Origin: a bacterium
GTDB lineage: Bacteria > Auribacterota > Erginobacteria > Erginobacterales > DAOSXE01
Assembly: GCA_035380285.1 (NCBI GenBank)
Contig: DAOSXE010000008.1
Coordinates: 17,217-81,216, forward strand
Length of the DNA stretch: 64,000 nucleotides
Reading direction: 5' to 3'
This document shows, piece by piece, positions 34,597 through 43,758 of this stretch (positions are counted from its first letter, which is position 1; every line of letters begins with the position of its first letter). A program made the translations under genes and the position numbers. A model generated the notes under the pieces. That model was given only the letters and a program-made list of their open reading frames with translations. It had not been told where the DNA came from and did not search any database.

Positions 34597-36980
34597 ACCG
34601 AATCTGCGCCGCTCTTCTGGTCGCGGTGGTCGTGGTTGTGGGGGTCTACGGGGCCACCAACTACAACGCGCTCCTGAACTCCGACAGCTACACGTATTTA
34701 AGCTACGCCCGGAGCCTGGCCCGAGGAGGGGTCTTCGGCGATCCCGGGATCTATTCCCATTTCCGCTCCTACTGGCCCCGTGAACGCTCCAGCCTCATCT
34801 CCGGAAACCGCCACATGGATGGGGGAAGGATCTTCTACGACATCGATGTCGGTTATCCTCTTCTCCTGGCCCTGGCGATCCGCGGTTTCGGTCTGCCCGC
34901 CGTTTTCCTGGTCAACCCCCTCTTGCTCCTGGTCCTGGCCGTTTTTCTGGCGCTCCTCGTCCGGCGCACGGTGGGGCCGGGCGACCCCCGGGCCTGGCCG
35001 GCGGCGCTGGCGGGGCTGCTCGTTTTTCTCCTGCTTCCCCCCGGCCGGGTGTTGCTGTCGAGCATGAAGATCATGCGGGACATCCCCCCCCTGACCGCGC
35101 TGGTCGTCTCCTACTACCTGGTGGTCGTGTTCGCCCGGAGTGCGCGGCGGCGGTGGGGCGTTCTGCTGGGCGCGTCCGCCGCCTTCGGCGCGGCGGCCCT
35201 GATCCGATATACCTTCTGCATCTACGCGATCCCCTTCTGCGCTTACCTGGGCGTTTCCCTGGCGGCCCGGCGCGAGCCCTGGACCCGGTGGTTGGCGGCG
35301 GTTCTGCTGTTGGTCGTTCCGGCGCTGGTTCTGCTTTCGCCGGTGATCGTCAAGGATTTCGCCCGGTCCGGCGACCTCTTCGATACGGCCAAGGCACTCT
35401 GGAGCTACGTCGGCGCTTCGGATTCCCGGGGAGAAGTCTTTTCCCTCGACCACCTGGACGAAAGCGGCGCCTGGTATTTCGACTTTCTCCTTCGGGTGTA
35501 TACCCCGGTGGGGATTTTCTTCGTGTTGGCCGGCCTCGGGTTCGGTATCCGCCGCCGGGAAGTCTGGTCGCTGTTTCTCCCCCTCTTGATTCTGCACCTG
35601 GGGCTCTTCGCGATTTTCCGGTTCAAGCACTCGCGTTACCTGCTGCCGGTATACTGCATTTTCAGCGGTCTGGGCGCCTGGGGATGCCTGGAACTCTGCC
35701 GCGTTCTACCGTCCGCGCTGGGGCGGATCGAGCGCCGGGCGTTCGCGGTTCCGCTGCGCCTGGCGGCGGCGCTGGCCGCCGCCGGCGCCGCTGTTTATTT
35801 CCTGGCCGCCGGTTATTCCCCCGCGCTGGCCGCCCTCTCGCTGGCGGTCGTCCCCGCGGTCTTGATCCCGTACCCGTCTCAGGTCGCGCCCGGGATTTTA
35901 CTGGCGGGGTTGTCCGTCGCCCTGCTCGTTCAGGCCGTTCCCCCCGTTTTCGGGGGAAAACGTTTCACCATCTCCGACGCCCGGCGCCTGGGGGAAGCGT
36001 TCGACGCCCGGACCGCTCCCGGATCCCTGGTCGTCTGCGCCCGTTACCTGAAACAGAACATCGACGTATATTCCCACTGCGTGGCCCTCAACCCCAACCA
36101 GATCAGCAGCCCCTTCGGTTTGACTCCGGCCGAGGCGGTCCGTGTCCTCATTCGGGACGGCGTCGAAGTTTACGCCCTCGACAACAAGGGAAAACGCAAG
36201 GCGGCCCGGTTCGTCGAGCAGTTGCGGGATTATTTCGATCTGCGTCCGGTCTATCGCTGGCGTTCGGCCGACCTCAACATCGACTACCCCCAGTTTTCGG
36301 AGCGGGAGTTTCTCACCCTCTTCCGCGTGCTTCCCTGGAGCGCCGTTCCGGTGGTTCTTCAGCCCGGACCCGGAACCTCCGGCGCGGCGGTCTTCGACGC
36401 CCGCTACCCCTGGTGGACGGGAGACCGTGACTATATCCGCGCGACCGCCGACGGCGCCCCCCTGGAGGGGGAGGTTCTGGACGGATACAATTACCTGAAA
36501 TTCCCGTCCGCGGGTTCGGCGGTCGAGTTCGCCTCCGACCGGGGCCTGCCCGCTTTCCGTATTCTGCGCGGTTTCGAACCCGACGGCAGCATCTCCCTCC
36601 CGTTCGGTTCTTCTTCAGGGATCGAGGACTGGAAACTGCTCGACGACGGTTTTTTCCGGGAGCCGGGGGGAAAACAGTGGCGCACCTTGTCGGGGAAAGG
36701 GGCGGTCAGGATTCCCCCCTTCCGGGGCGAGGGCGCGACGGTTTCCCTGCGGGTCCGCCCCCGGGGGGGCGCGGCCCGTCTCGCGCTCGCGCTCGAAGGG
36801 AAGCCTCTGGAGACGGTGGATCTCGGTCCCGGGGATTGGCGCGAGCTGGTCGTTCCGGTTCCGCCCGCCACCGCCGAGGTCGGCGCGGCCCGTCTCGAAC
36901 TCGAAGTTCTTTCGGACGACGGCGCTCCGGCGCGGCTCGACCTCGGCGCCGTAAGGATGACCGCCGGGCGGGGGGAATGA
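34593..36980 (+). CDS. polytopic membrane protein, GT-C-like, with C-terminal soluble domain
   Basis: ATGA overlap with the upstream stop. MNRICAALLVAVVVVVGVYG..., multiple TM helices to about residue 470, then a soluble C-terminal region. The ORF from 34245 is an extension. Confidence 0.5.
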   Translation: MNRICAALLVAVVVVVGVYGATNYNALLNSDSYTYLSYARSLARGGVFGDPGIYSHFRSYWPRERSSLISGNRHMDGGRIFYDIDVGYPLLLALAIRGFGLPAVFLVNPLLLLVLAVFLALLVRRTVGPGDPRAWPAALAGLLVFLLLPPGRVLLSSMKIMRDIPPLTALVVSYYLVVVFARSARRRWGVLLGASAAFGAAALIRYTFCIYAIPFCAYLGVSLAARREPWTRWLAAVLLLVVPALVLLSPVIVKDFARSGDLFDTAKALWSYVGASDSRGEVFSLDHLDESGAWYFDFLLRVYTPVGIFFVLAGLGFGIRRREVWSLFLPLLILHLGLFAIFRFKHSRYLLPVYCIFSGLGAWGCLELCRVLPSALGRIERRAFAVPLRLAAALAAAGAAVYFLAAGYSPALAALSLAVVPAVLIPYPSQVAPGILLAGLSVALLVQAVPPVFGGKRFTISDARRLGEAFDARTAPGSLVVCARYLKQNIDVYSHCVALNPNQISSPFGLTPAEAVRVLIRDGVEVYALDNKGKRKAARFVEQLRDYFDLRPVYRWRSADLNIDYPQFSEREFLTLFRVLPWSAVPVVLQPGPGTSGAAVFDARYPWWTGDRDYIRATADGAPLEGEVLDGYNYLKFPSAGSAVEFASDRGLPAFRILRGFEPDGSISLPFGSSSGIEDWKLLDDGFFREPGGKQWRTLSGKGAVRIPPFRGEGATVSLRVRPRGGAARLALALEGKPLETVDLGPGDWRELVVPVPPATAEVGAARLELEVLSDDGAPARLDLGAVRMTAGRGE

Positions 36981-38206
36981 TCCGTTTCCCCGCCAACTTC
37001 CGGTTGTTGCTGGGATCGCTGCTGTTCGCGCTGCTTCTGGGAGAAGGAGCCGCCCGGCTTCTGACCCGGACCGACGAGGACGGGCAGGCATGGTTGGGTT
37101 CGTTTGCCCTGCTCCCGTACCGTTTCCCCGCCGCCACCACCCGGGCAGCGATCGAGCGATATCTCCGGCTTCGGGATCAGGCGTATATCGTGCGCGACCC
37201 CCAATTGGGCTGGGATTTGGCGCCGAACGCCGTCGGTGGCGACGGCCTCTACCGGACCAACGCCGCCGGGCTGCGCTCGCCGCCCCGCGAGTATGCCGCG
37301 CACCCTCCGCCGGGCGTCGTCCGCGTGGCGCTGTTCGGGGATTCCTTCACCCACGGGGACGAGGAACCCTGGGAGAAGTATTGGGGGGCGTTTCTGGAAG
37401 AAGAGCTGAACGCGAGCGGCCGCCGCGCCGAGGTTCTCAATTTCGGGGTTCCCGGGTACGGGGTGGGGCAGGCTTATCTCCGCTGGCTCCGGGACGGTAC
37501 CGCCTTTCATCCCGACATCGCGGTGTTCGGCTTTCAGCCCGAAAACATGCGCCGGACGGTCAACGTCTTCCGGCAACTGTACAGCCGGTCCACCGGGATG
37601 ATCTTCTCCAAGCCGCGGTTCCGCCTGACGTCATCCGGAACCTTGGAGGCGGTGAACCTTCCCATCCTCCCCCTGGAAGAGGTACCCGCCGCCCTGGAGC
37701 GGCTGCCCTCGATCGCTCTGGGCGCCTACGAATATTGGTACCGCCCGGACCATTACCGGGACTGCCGGCTCTACCGCAGCCGGCTGGCGGCCCTGATCGT
37801 TTCCGCTCTCTTCGCTCCGGGCGGCCGCCCCGGCGGCGACGACGACCACGGCCCCGGTCTCCTCCCCGAGGCCGAGGGCTCCGAAGGTTGGGAGGTCACC
37901 CGGACGCTCCTGGAGGCGTTCGCCGCTTCGGTCCGGGAGGAAGGGGCGGTCCCGGTGATAGTGCATATCCCCGACAAACCTTCCCTGAAGGAGATCGAGG
38001 CCGGGCGGCGCCCCCCGTACCTCGACCTGCTCGATGAACTCGCCGCCCGGGGCGTCCCGGTATGCGACCCCGCTGCCGAACTGGCCCGCGGGCACAAGTT
38101 CTACAAACACGCCCATCTTTCCAGCCGGGGCGGCAGGGCCCTCGCCCGGTTTCTGGCCCGGGAGTTGGAACGGTATTTAGATGCCGGGGAGGGCACGGCG
38201 CCGTGA
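36977..38206 (+). CDS. SGNH/GDSL-type hydrolase family protein with N-terminal TM anchor (paralog of 15222-16481)
   Basis: VRVALFGDSFTHGDEEPWEKYWGAFLEEELN...VLNFGVPGYGVGQAYLRW, about 50% identical by eye to the 15222-16481 product. ATGA overlap. Confidence 0.7.
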   Translation: MIRFPANFRLLLGSLLFALLLGEGAARLLTRTDEDGQAWLGSFALLPYRFPAATTRAAIERYLRLRDQAYIVRDPQLGWDLAPNAVGGDGLYRTNAAGLRSPPREYAAHPPPGVVRVALFGDSFTHGDEEPWEKYWGAFLEEELNASGRRAEVLNFGVPGYGVGQAYLRWLRDGTAFHPDIAVFGFQPENMRRTVNVFRQLYSRSTGMIFSKPRFRLTSSGTLEAVNLPILPLEEVPAALERLPSIALGAYEYWYRPDHYRDCRLYRSRLAALIVSALFAPGGRPGGDDDHGPGLLPEAEGSEGWEVTRTLLEAFAASVREEGAVPVIVHIPDKPSLKEIEAGRRPPYLDLLDELAARGVPVCDPAAELARGHKFYKHAHLSSRGGRALARFLARELERYLDAGEGTAP

Positions 38207-39522
38207 AACCCAGGGTGTGGGCGGGAATATTTTTTCTGGTCTCCGCCGCAGTCTACTCCGCCAATATGCGGGTGGTGGGAGCCGGCGACTGCTGGGCGGT
38301 GCGCTACGTTCCCGTCAGCATCCTGCGCGAGGGCAACCTCGACCTCAATGAATTTCCCGAAGTGAAGTTCCAGGTTTGGGACTGGACCCGGGGGAGGAAG
38401 TTCCGGATACCGCTTCAGCCGGTCGTGGCCGGGATCGCCGCGGTCCCCGTCTTCGCCGCCGCCGACCTGCTAGGGGTCCCCTTCACCCCGGTGAACATAG
38501 CCTACCTGGGGAAAGGTGCCGCCACACTTTGCAGCGCGGCGGCCGCCGCCTGCTGCCTGCTCCTCCTCTGGAGGCTCCTCCCCCCGGCGGGCGCCGTTCT
38601 CTATACCGCGGTCTTCGCCTTCGGGACCTGCGTCTGGTCGGTGAGTTCCCAGGACCTCTGGCAGCACGGTCTCAGCCACTTTCTGCTCACGGCCGCTCTC
38701 CTCTGCCTCTTCTCCGCGTCGGGACGGCGCTCGCGGGCCGGCCTCTCCGGGTTTTTCCTCGCCTGGGCCGCCGTCGTCAGGGGGATGAACATCCCCCTGG
38801 CCGCGTTTCTTTTCCTCTACCTCTGCCTGGAATACCGGGATCAGGTGCTTCCGTTCGTTCTCTGGTCTTTGCCCGCCTTGGGCTATACCCTGGCGTTCAA
38901 CTTCTATTATTTCGGCGCGCCCGGCAACGCCATCATCGGCTACGCCCTGGGAAAATTCAGTCCGGCCGGCGCGCCCGGGGCCCTGGCCGGCCTCTTGTTT
39001 TCGCCGGCCCGCGGGCTTCTCTTCTTCACCCCGGTCTTCGTTTTTTCTTTTTACGGGGCCTGGCGGGGTTGGAGCGCGCCTTCCCCCTTCCGGACGCTCT
39101 ACCGCTTTCTGGCGGCGGCGGCGGGGGCGTACGTCCTTTTTCTCTCCGCCTGGTTCATGTGGTGGGGGGGGCATTGCTACGGATACCGGATGCTGGTGGA
39201 CCTCGTCCCCATCCTGATCGTGCTCATGGTTCCGGCCTGGCGCCTTCTCTCCGGCTCGGCGGGGTTTCGCCTGCTCTTCGCCGTTCTTCTGGCCTGGTCC
39301 GTATTCCTGCAGGGCGCCGGAGCTCTGTATTACGGCGACCGCTGGAACGGCCGCCGGCATATCGACCGGCACCCGGAGCGGCTCTGGTGGGTGCGCGGCG
39401 GCCAGATCGACTATATGCTGGCCAAGGCCCGGGAACGGGGTTGGCGGGTGGAGCGCAGAGTCCTCCTCCCGGAGGGGCAGCGCGCCCGACCCGACCGGAT
39501 TCCGGAGGGAGCCGGACCGTGA
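38203..39522 (+). CDS. polytopic membrane protein of unknown function (possible GT-C/polymerase-like)
   Basis: GTGA overlap with the upstream stop; about 12 hydrophobic helices; WGGHCYGYRMLVDLVP. The ORF from 38062 is an extension. Confidence 0.5.
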   Translation: MKPRVWAGIFFLVSAAVYSANMRVVGAGDCWAVRYVPVSILREGNLDLNEFPEVKFQVWDWTRGRKFRIPLQPVVAGIAAVPVFAAADLLGVPFTPVNIAYLGKGAATLCSAAAAACCLLLLWRLLPPAGAVLYTAVFAFGTCVWSVSSQDLWQHGLSHFLLTAALLCLFSASGRRSRAGLSGFFLAWAAVVRGMNIPLAAFLFLYLCLEYRDQVLPFVLWSLPALGYTLAFNFYYFGAPGNAIIGYALGKFSPAGAPGALAGLLFSPARGLLFFTPVFVFSFYGAWRGWSAPSPFRTLYRFLAAAAGAYVLFLSAWFMWWGGHCYGYRMLVDLVPILIVLMVPAWRLLSGSAGFRLLFAVLLAWSVFLQGAGALYYGDRWNGRRHIDRHPERLWWVRGGQIDYMLAKARERGWRVERRVLLPEGQRARPDRIPEGAGP

Positions 39523-41654
39523 CCCGGGGCGCGCCCGTCAAGACGGCGCTGGCGCTGCTGCTGATCGCGGCCGCCGTGTTCGCCTGCTACCACCGCCTGC
39601 TGCTTCCCCGGGACGGAGGCTATCCCGGTTGGAACATCGTCAAATGGGGTTTGAAGGATTTTATGTATCCGCGGCTGATCTTCGATTCGGATGCCGTTCT
39701 TTCCGGATATTTCCCCCTCTGGAACCCCTATCAATACGGGGGCAGCCCCTGGTGCTCCAATTTCCAGGCCGGGCTGTACCAGCCGCTGAACTGGGCGGTC
39801 ATCCTGCTGGGGGGATATTCCGCCCTGGCCCTTCAATACCAGATGACGGTCCTTTTCCTGATCGGGGGCTGGGGGATGTTCGCCTGCGCCCGCGAGTTCG
39901 GTGTGGGCCGTGCCGGCGCCGCCGTCTCCGCCGTCTCGTTCGCCGGGGGCGGATTTTTTGTCGGCAACGGCACCTACTTCCCTCAGGTGAACACGCTGGT
40001 CCTCCTCCCGTTCTGTCTGCTCTTCTCGCGGCGGCTCGCCCGCCGATTTTCCTGGAGCGCCTTGAGTCTGGGAGCGGTTTCGTTCGCTCTCCTGGCGGCG
40101 GCGGGGTTTCCGACCATGTCTTTTTTCCTGGGAGCGACGGCCTGGCTGACCGGGTGGGCGTCGGGCGCCGCTCCCGGAAACGCCCCGCGGCCGGGACGGA
40201 TTTGGAGGCGGATGGCGCTGCTGGCGGCGGCGGCGGCGCTGCTGGCGGCGCCGCTTCTGTTCCCCGCGGCGGAAAGCTACTCCTGGCTGACCCGGCCCCA
40301 GCGGGTTTCCGATCCGGGCTCGGGTTGGGAGACGGTGGTGGCGGGAAAATCGCTGGGAGTCCCCAACTTCGTCAGTCTGGCCGTCCCCTTCGTCGCCAAC
40401 GCCGACATATCCGGGACCGGGCTCTGGATCGAATTCCGGAATTGTTTTTTGGGGCTGATCCCTCTCGTCTTCGCCGTCTATTACCTGGTCCGCGGCCGGG
40501 GCCGTGACCGGGCGGTGGTCTTCATCGTCGTGACGGCGGCGGCGGCTCTGGCGCTGGGGTTCACGCTGCCCCCCTACCGATGGCTTTACCGGCGCGTGTT
40601 GCCGCTGCGGCTGGTCAGCCATCCCGCCATGGATTTCCGCGCCCTCTTCCTCTTCTACCTCTCCCTGGCCTCGGGGATGGGGTTCGATCTCCACCGGCGC
40701 CGGAACCGGGCGGGGCCGTTTCTCCTGGTCTACCTGGGCATAGCGGCGGCCGCCGCCCTCGGCTTGGTCGTGATCATGCGCGGCCGGGACTCCGGTCTTC
40801 CGCCATCGGTCTGGACGGCTTTCGCCGTCACCATGCTGCTTCCGGTCCTGGGGTTGCTGAGGCGGGGACGTCTCCGGGACGGTCTTCTTCTGGGCGCCGC
40901 CGTCGCCGAGATCGCGTATTGGGGTAATTATAACTTCTCCACCATCGGCGACCGGGTCGGAACGGGGTTCTGGCTCAAGCGCCTGGATAAGGAAGCCCGG
41001 CGGGAACGGAGGGTGGACCGGACGGACAAGCTTGCCCGCCGCTCCGAGGCTCCGAGCCGGGACGCCCGCTCCATGTTTCACAAATACCGTTCCGACAGCG
41101 GGATCGACGGCACCGTTCTGCGGCCGTTCGCCGAGGTGATGCTGTCGCCGGCGGCGGAGGTTCTCGGCGAAGACTTCCGGATCCGGCCGCTGCGGCGGCT
41201 GGAGGTGCTGGAGGACGAAGCCGCGGTTCTGGAGCGGATCCGGGCGGGAGAAGATATCGCCGAAACCGGCTTGGCGGTCGGAAGCGATCTCCCCCCGGGG
41301 TTCGAGCCGGCGGCGGCGGAAGCGGACGCTGGTTTTGAGTCGCGGGTTGTGGTTTTTTCCCCTAACCTGATTGAATACGAGATCGAAGCCCGGGCCGAAA
41401 CTCCGGTTTTTTTCAACGAAATCTATTACCCCGGTTGGGAACTGGTTCGGGTCGGGGGAGGAGAGCGGCTGCCGCTCTTCCGGCTCAACCACGCCTTCCG
41501 GGGTTCGGTGCTTCCGGCGGGGTCTTATCGGCTGCGGATGGTTTTCCGCCCGCTGTGGTTTAAGATAGGCTTGGCCGCCGCCGCCGTGACGGCCGCGGGG
41601 CTGGTCTTGGGAGTAGCCGTGGAGACGAGGCGTCGGTATGCTGCGAAAAGTTAA
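39519..41654 (+). CDS. YfhO-family GT-C membrane glycosyltransferase
   Basis: GTG 39519 with ggaggga RBS. Polytopic N-terminus and C-terminal hallmark ...NEIYYPGWELVRVGGGERLPLFRLNHAFRGSVLPAGSYRLRMVFRP followed by a final TM helix, as in Bacillus YfhO proteins. The ORF from 38376 is an extension. Confidence 0.65.
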   Translation: MTRGAPVKTALALLLIAAAVFACYHRLLLPRDGGYPGWNIVKWGLKDFMYPRLIFDSDAVLSGYFPLWNPYQYGGSPWCSNFQAGLYQPLNWAVILLGGYSALALQYQMTVLFLIGGWGMFACAREFGVGRAGAAVSAVSFAGGGFFVGNGTYFPQVNTLVLLPFCLLFSRRLARRFSWSALSLGAVSFALLAAAGFPTMSFFLGATAWLTGWASGAAPGNAPRPGRIWRRMALLAAAAALLAAPLLFPAAESYSWLTRPQRVSDPGSGWETVVAGKSLGVPNFVSLAVPFVANADISGTGLWIEFRNCFLGLIPLVFAVYYLVRGRGRDRAVVFIVVTAAAALALGFTLPPYRWLYRRVLPLRLVSHPAMDFRALFLFYLSLASGMGFDLHRRRNRAGPFLLVYLGIAAAAALGLVVIMRGRDSGLPPSVWTAFAVTMLLPVLGLLRRGRLRDGLLLGAAVAEIAYWGNYNFSTIGDRVGTGFWLKRLDKEARRERRVDRTDKLARRSEAPSRDARSMFHKYRSDSGIDGTVLRPFAEVMLSPAAEVLGEDFRIRPLRRLEVLEDEAAVLERIRAGEDIAETGLAVGSDLPPGFEPAAAEADAGFESRVVVFSPNLIEYEIEARAETPVFFNEIYYPGWELVRVGGGERLPLFRLNHAFRGSVLPAGSYRLRMVFRPLWFKIGLAAAAVTAAGLVLGVAVETRRRYAAKS

Positions 41655-43758
41655 ACTTTACGTCCGCGCCCGCGGTGGGGAAATTCTGATGCTTCTGGGC
41701 ATCCCCCTTCTGGGCATCGTCCTGGCCCGCCCGCAGCTCGACGCGGCCCTGGCCGCGCGCACGGGAATCTTCTGCGCGGCCACTCTGCTCTGCCTCTTTC
41801 ATGCCTACGCCTTCAACGATTGGTCCCATTATCATTTCGACGTCTGCGACCGGCACAAGGGAGACCACCCTCTCTTGAAGAAGAGGATGACCCTGAACGA
41901 AACCCTGAGCTTCTCCATCCTCACCTTCGGGGCCGGTTTGATCGTCTATCTGGCGGCGCTGCCGATGCGGTCCTTGTTCATCTGCCTCAGCCTCGTTTTT
42001 CTCTGCATCCTCTACAGCAACCGCTTCACCCTTCTTAAAAACGTGCCCTTCGTGTCGACCTCCATTCACGTCGTTTCCGGTTCGCTCTTCTTCAATCTCG
42101 GTTGGTCGACGGTGAGAACTCCGTCGACCGCCAGCTGGCTCGCCGGTCTGTTCTTCGGGCTTCTGTACGGGGCCGGGCATCTCAGCCACGAATCGATCGA
42201 TTTCGAGGGCGACCGCCGGGCGCGGCTGCGGACGACCCCCGGCGTTTTCGGGTTGCGCCCGGTCTTCGCCGCCAGCGCCGTCGGCGTCACGCTGGCCTCG
42301 GCTCTCATGGCGGTCTTGGGGTTCGGCGGCGTCGTCTATACCTCCGCCGTCGCCGTGATCTTCCTGGCGGCGTGGCTCGCGTACATCCTCGCTTTCAGCC
42401 GGATCTGGCCCGGCGACCTCGGCTACGCCGACCTGTCCCGTTTCCGGACCGTCTACCGCAGGATCTACTCGGCGGCGGGGATCCTGGCCTTGGCGGCGGC
42501 CGTCGTCGGGGACGCGAAGGGGCCGGTTGTCCCCCGGCCCCGGGTCTGCATCGTCGGGCTCGACGCCCTCGATCCGGATCTGGTGGCGGCGTGGGGGGCT
42601 CAGGGGAAACTGCCGACGCTCTCGCGGTTGATCCGGGAAGGCGCCCGCGGGCGCCTCCGCTCGCTGCCCGGGCTCAAATCGCCGGTGATTTGGACTACGA
42701 TCGCCACCGGCCGGCTCCCCCGGGACCACGGTATCGTGGATTTCACCGTGCCCGGGAAGGACGGTGCCAGGGTCCCGGCCACCGCCGATTTCCGCCGGGT
42801 CAAGGCCCTCTGGGAAATGGCCACCGAATCCGGGCTCTCGTCCGGCTTCATCAACTGGTGGCCTTCCTTCCCGGCCGAGCGGGTCGACGGGTTCATGGTC
42901 TCCAATTATTTCCGCTATCTCTACGCCGATCTGGCCGCGCCCGGCGGCGTGGACCGGAAGCGCTTGGCCGGGCTCGAGGGGCTTTCCTGGCCGCCCGAAC
43001 TGGCGCTTTCGCTGGCCGATAAATGGCCCTCGGGCGGGGGGTTTCTCGACGAGATCGACGCGGAGACCGTCTTCGCGATCCCCTTTCCGGGAGGCTACGA
43101 TCCGGTCCGGGAACGGTCCTTTCCCGACGGGCGGGGGGTCTTTCGCTACGCCGTCGCGGGAGATGCGGCGGTGTTCGATCTGGCCCGGGATCTGGTTCGG
43201 GAACGCCCGGTCGATCTCTTCGCCGTTTACGTGGAAGGCATCGATGTTTTTTCCCACCTCTTCTGGGGATACGCACATCCCGACCGCTATCCGGTGAACG
43301 CGGACGAGGCCCGGGTGCTGGGCCCGCTGCTGGAAAAGTATTACCGGTATACCGACCGGCGACTGGGCGAACTCCTGGCGGCTCTTCCCCGGGAATGCCG
43401 GGTTCTGGTTCTCTCCGACCATGGCTATGGAGATGTCGGGGGGGGGCGTCATTTCCATCGGGAAGAAGGGTTTCTGGCCATGGCCGGCCCGGGCATCCAG
43501 GCCGGGACGCGGCTGGACTCCCCCGGCGTCGCCGACATCACTCCCACCGTTCTCTACCTGCTCGATCTTCCCGTCTCCCGCCAGATGCCGGGCCGCGTTC
43601 TCATGGAGGCTTTTACTCCCGCGTTCCGAGCGTCCCGTCCGGTTGAATTCAAAGATTCCTGGGAAGACGGTCCCCGGGAGCGGTCCCGGCCCGCGGTCGA
43701 TCCCCGCCTGCAGGAGGGGGCGATGGAGCGGCTCCGGGCTTTGGGCTATATCCAGTAA
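41638..43758 (+). CDS. fusion protein: UbiA-superfamily polyprenyl/phosphoribosyl transferase-like TM domain plus type I phosphodiesterase/nucleotide pyrophosphatase (AlkP superfamily) domain
   Basis: N-terminus: 8-9 TM helices with AYAFNDWSHYHFD and HESIDFEGD (Asp-rich UbiA-like motifs). C-terminus: CIVGLDALDPDLV...LKSPVIWTTIATGRLPRDHGIV (NPP catalytic-Thr region), ...LVLSDHGYGD. The antisense 741-aa ORF is rejected. Confidence 0.65.
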   Translation: MLRKVKLYVRARGGEILMLLGIPLLGIVLARPQLDAALAARTGIFCAATLLCLFHAYAFNDWSHYHFDVCDRHKGDHPLLKKRMTLNETLSFSILTFGAGLIVYLAALPMRSLFICLSLVFLCILYSNRFTLLKNVPFVSTSIHVVSGSLFFNLGWSTVRTPSTASWLAGLFFGLLYGAGHLSHESIDFEGDRRARLRTTPGVFGLRPVFAASAVGVTLASALMAVLGFGGVVYTSAVAVIFLAAWLAYILAFSRIWPGDLGYADLSRFRTVYRRIYSAAGILALAAAVVGDAKGPVVPRPRVCIVGLDALDPDLVAAWGAQGKLPTLSRLIREGARGRLRSLPGLKSPVIWTTIATGRLPRDHGIVDFTVPGKDGARVPATADFRRVKALWEMATESGLSSGFINWWPSFPAERVDGFMVSNYFRYLYADLAAPGGVDRKRLAGLEGLSWPPELALSLADKWPSGGGFLDEIDAETVFAIPFPGGYDPVRERSFPDGRGVFRYAVAGDAAVFDLARDLVRERPVDLFAVYVEGIDVFSHLFWGYAHPDRYPVNADEARVLGPLLEKYYRYTDRRLGELLAALPRECRVLVLSDHGYGDVGGGRHFHREEGFLAMAGPGIQAGTRLDSPGVADITPTVLYLLDLPVSRQMPGRVLMEAFTPAFRASRPVEFKDSWEDGPRERSRPAVDPRLQEGAMERLRALGYIQ

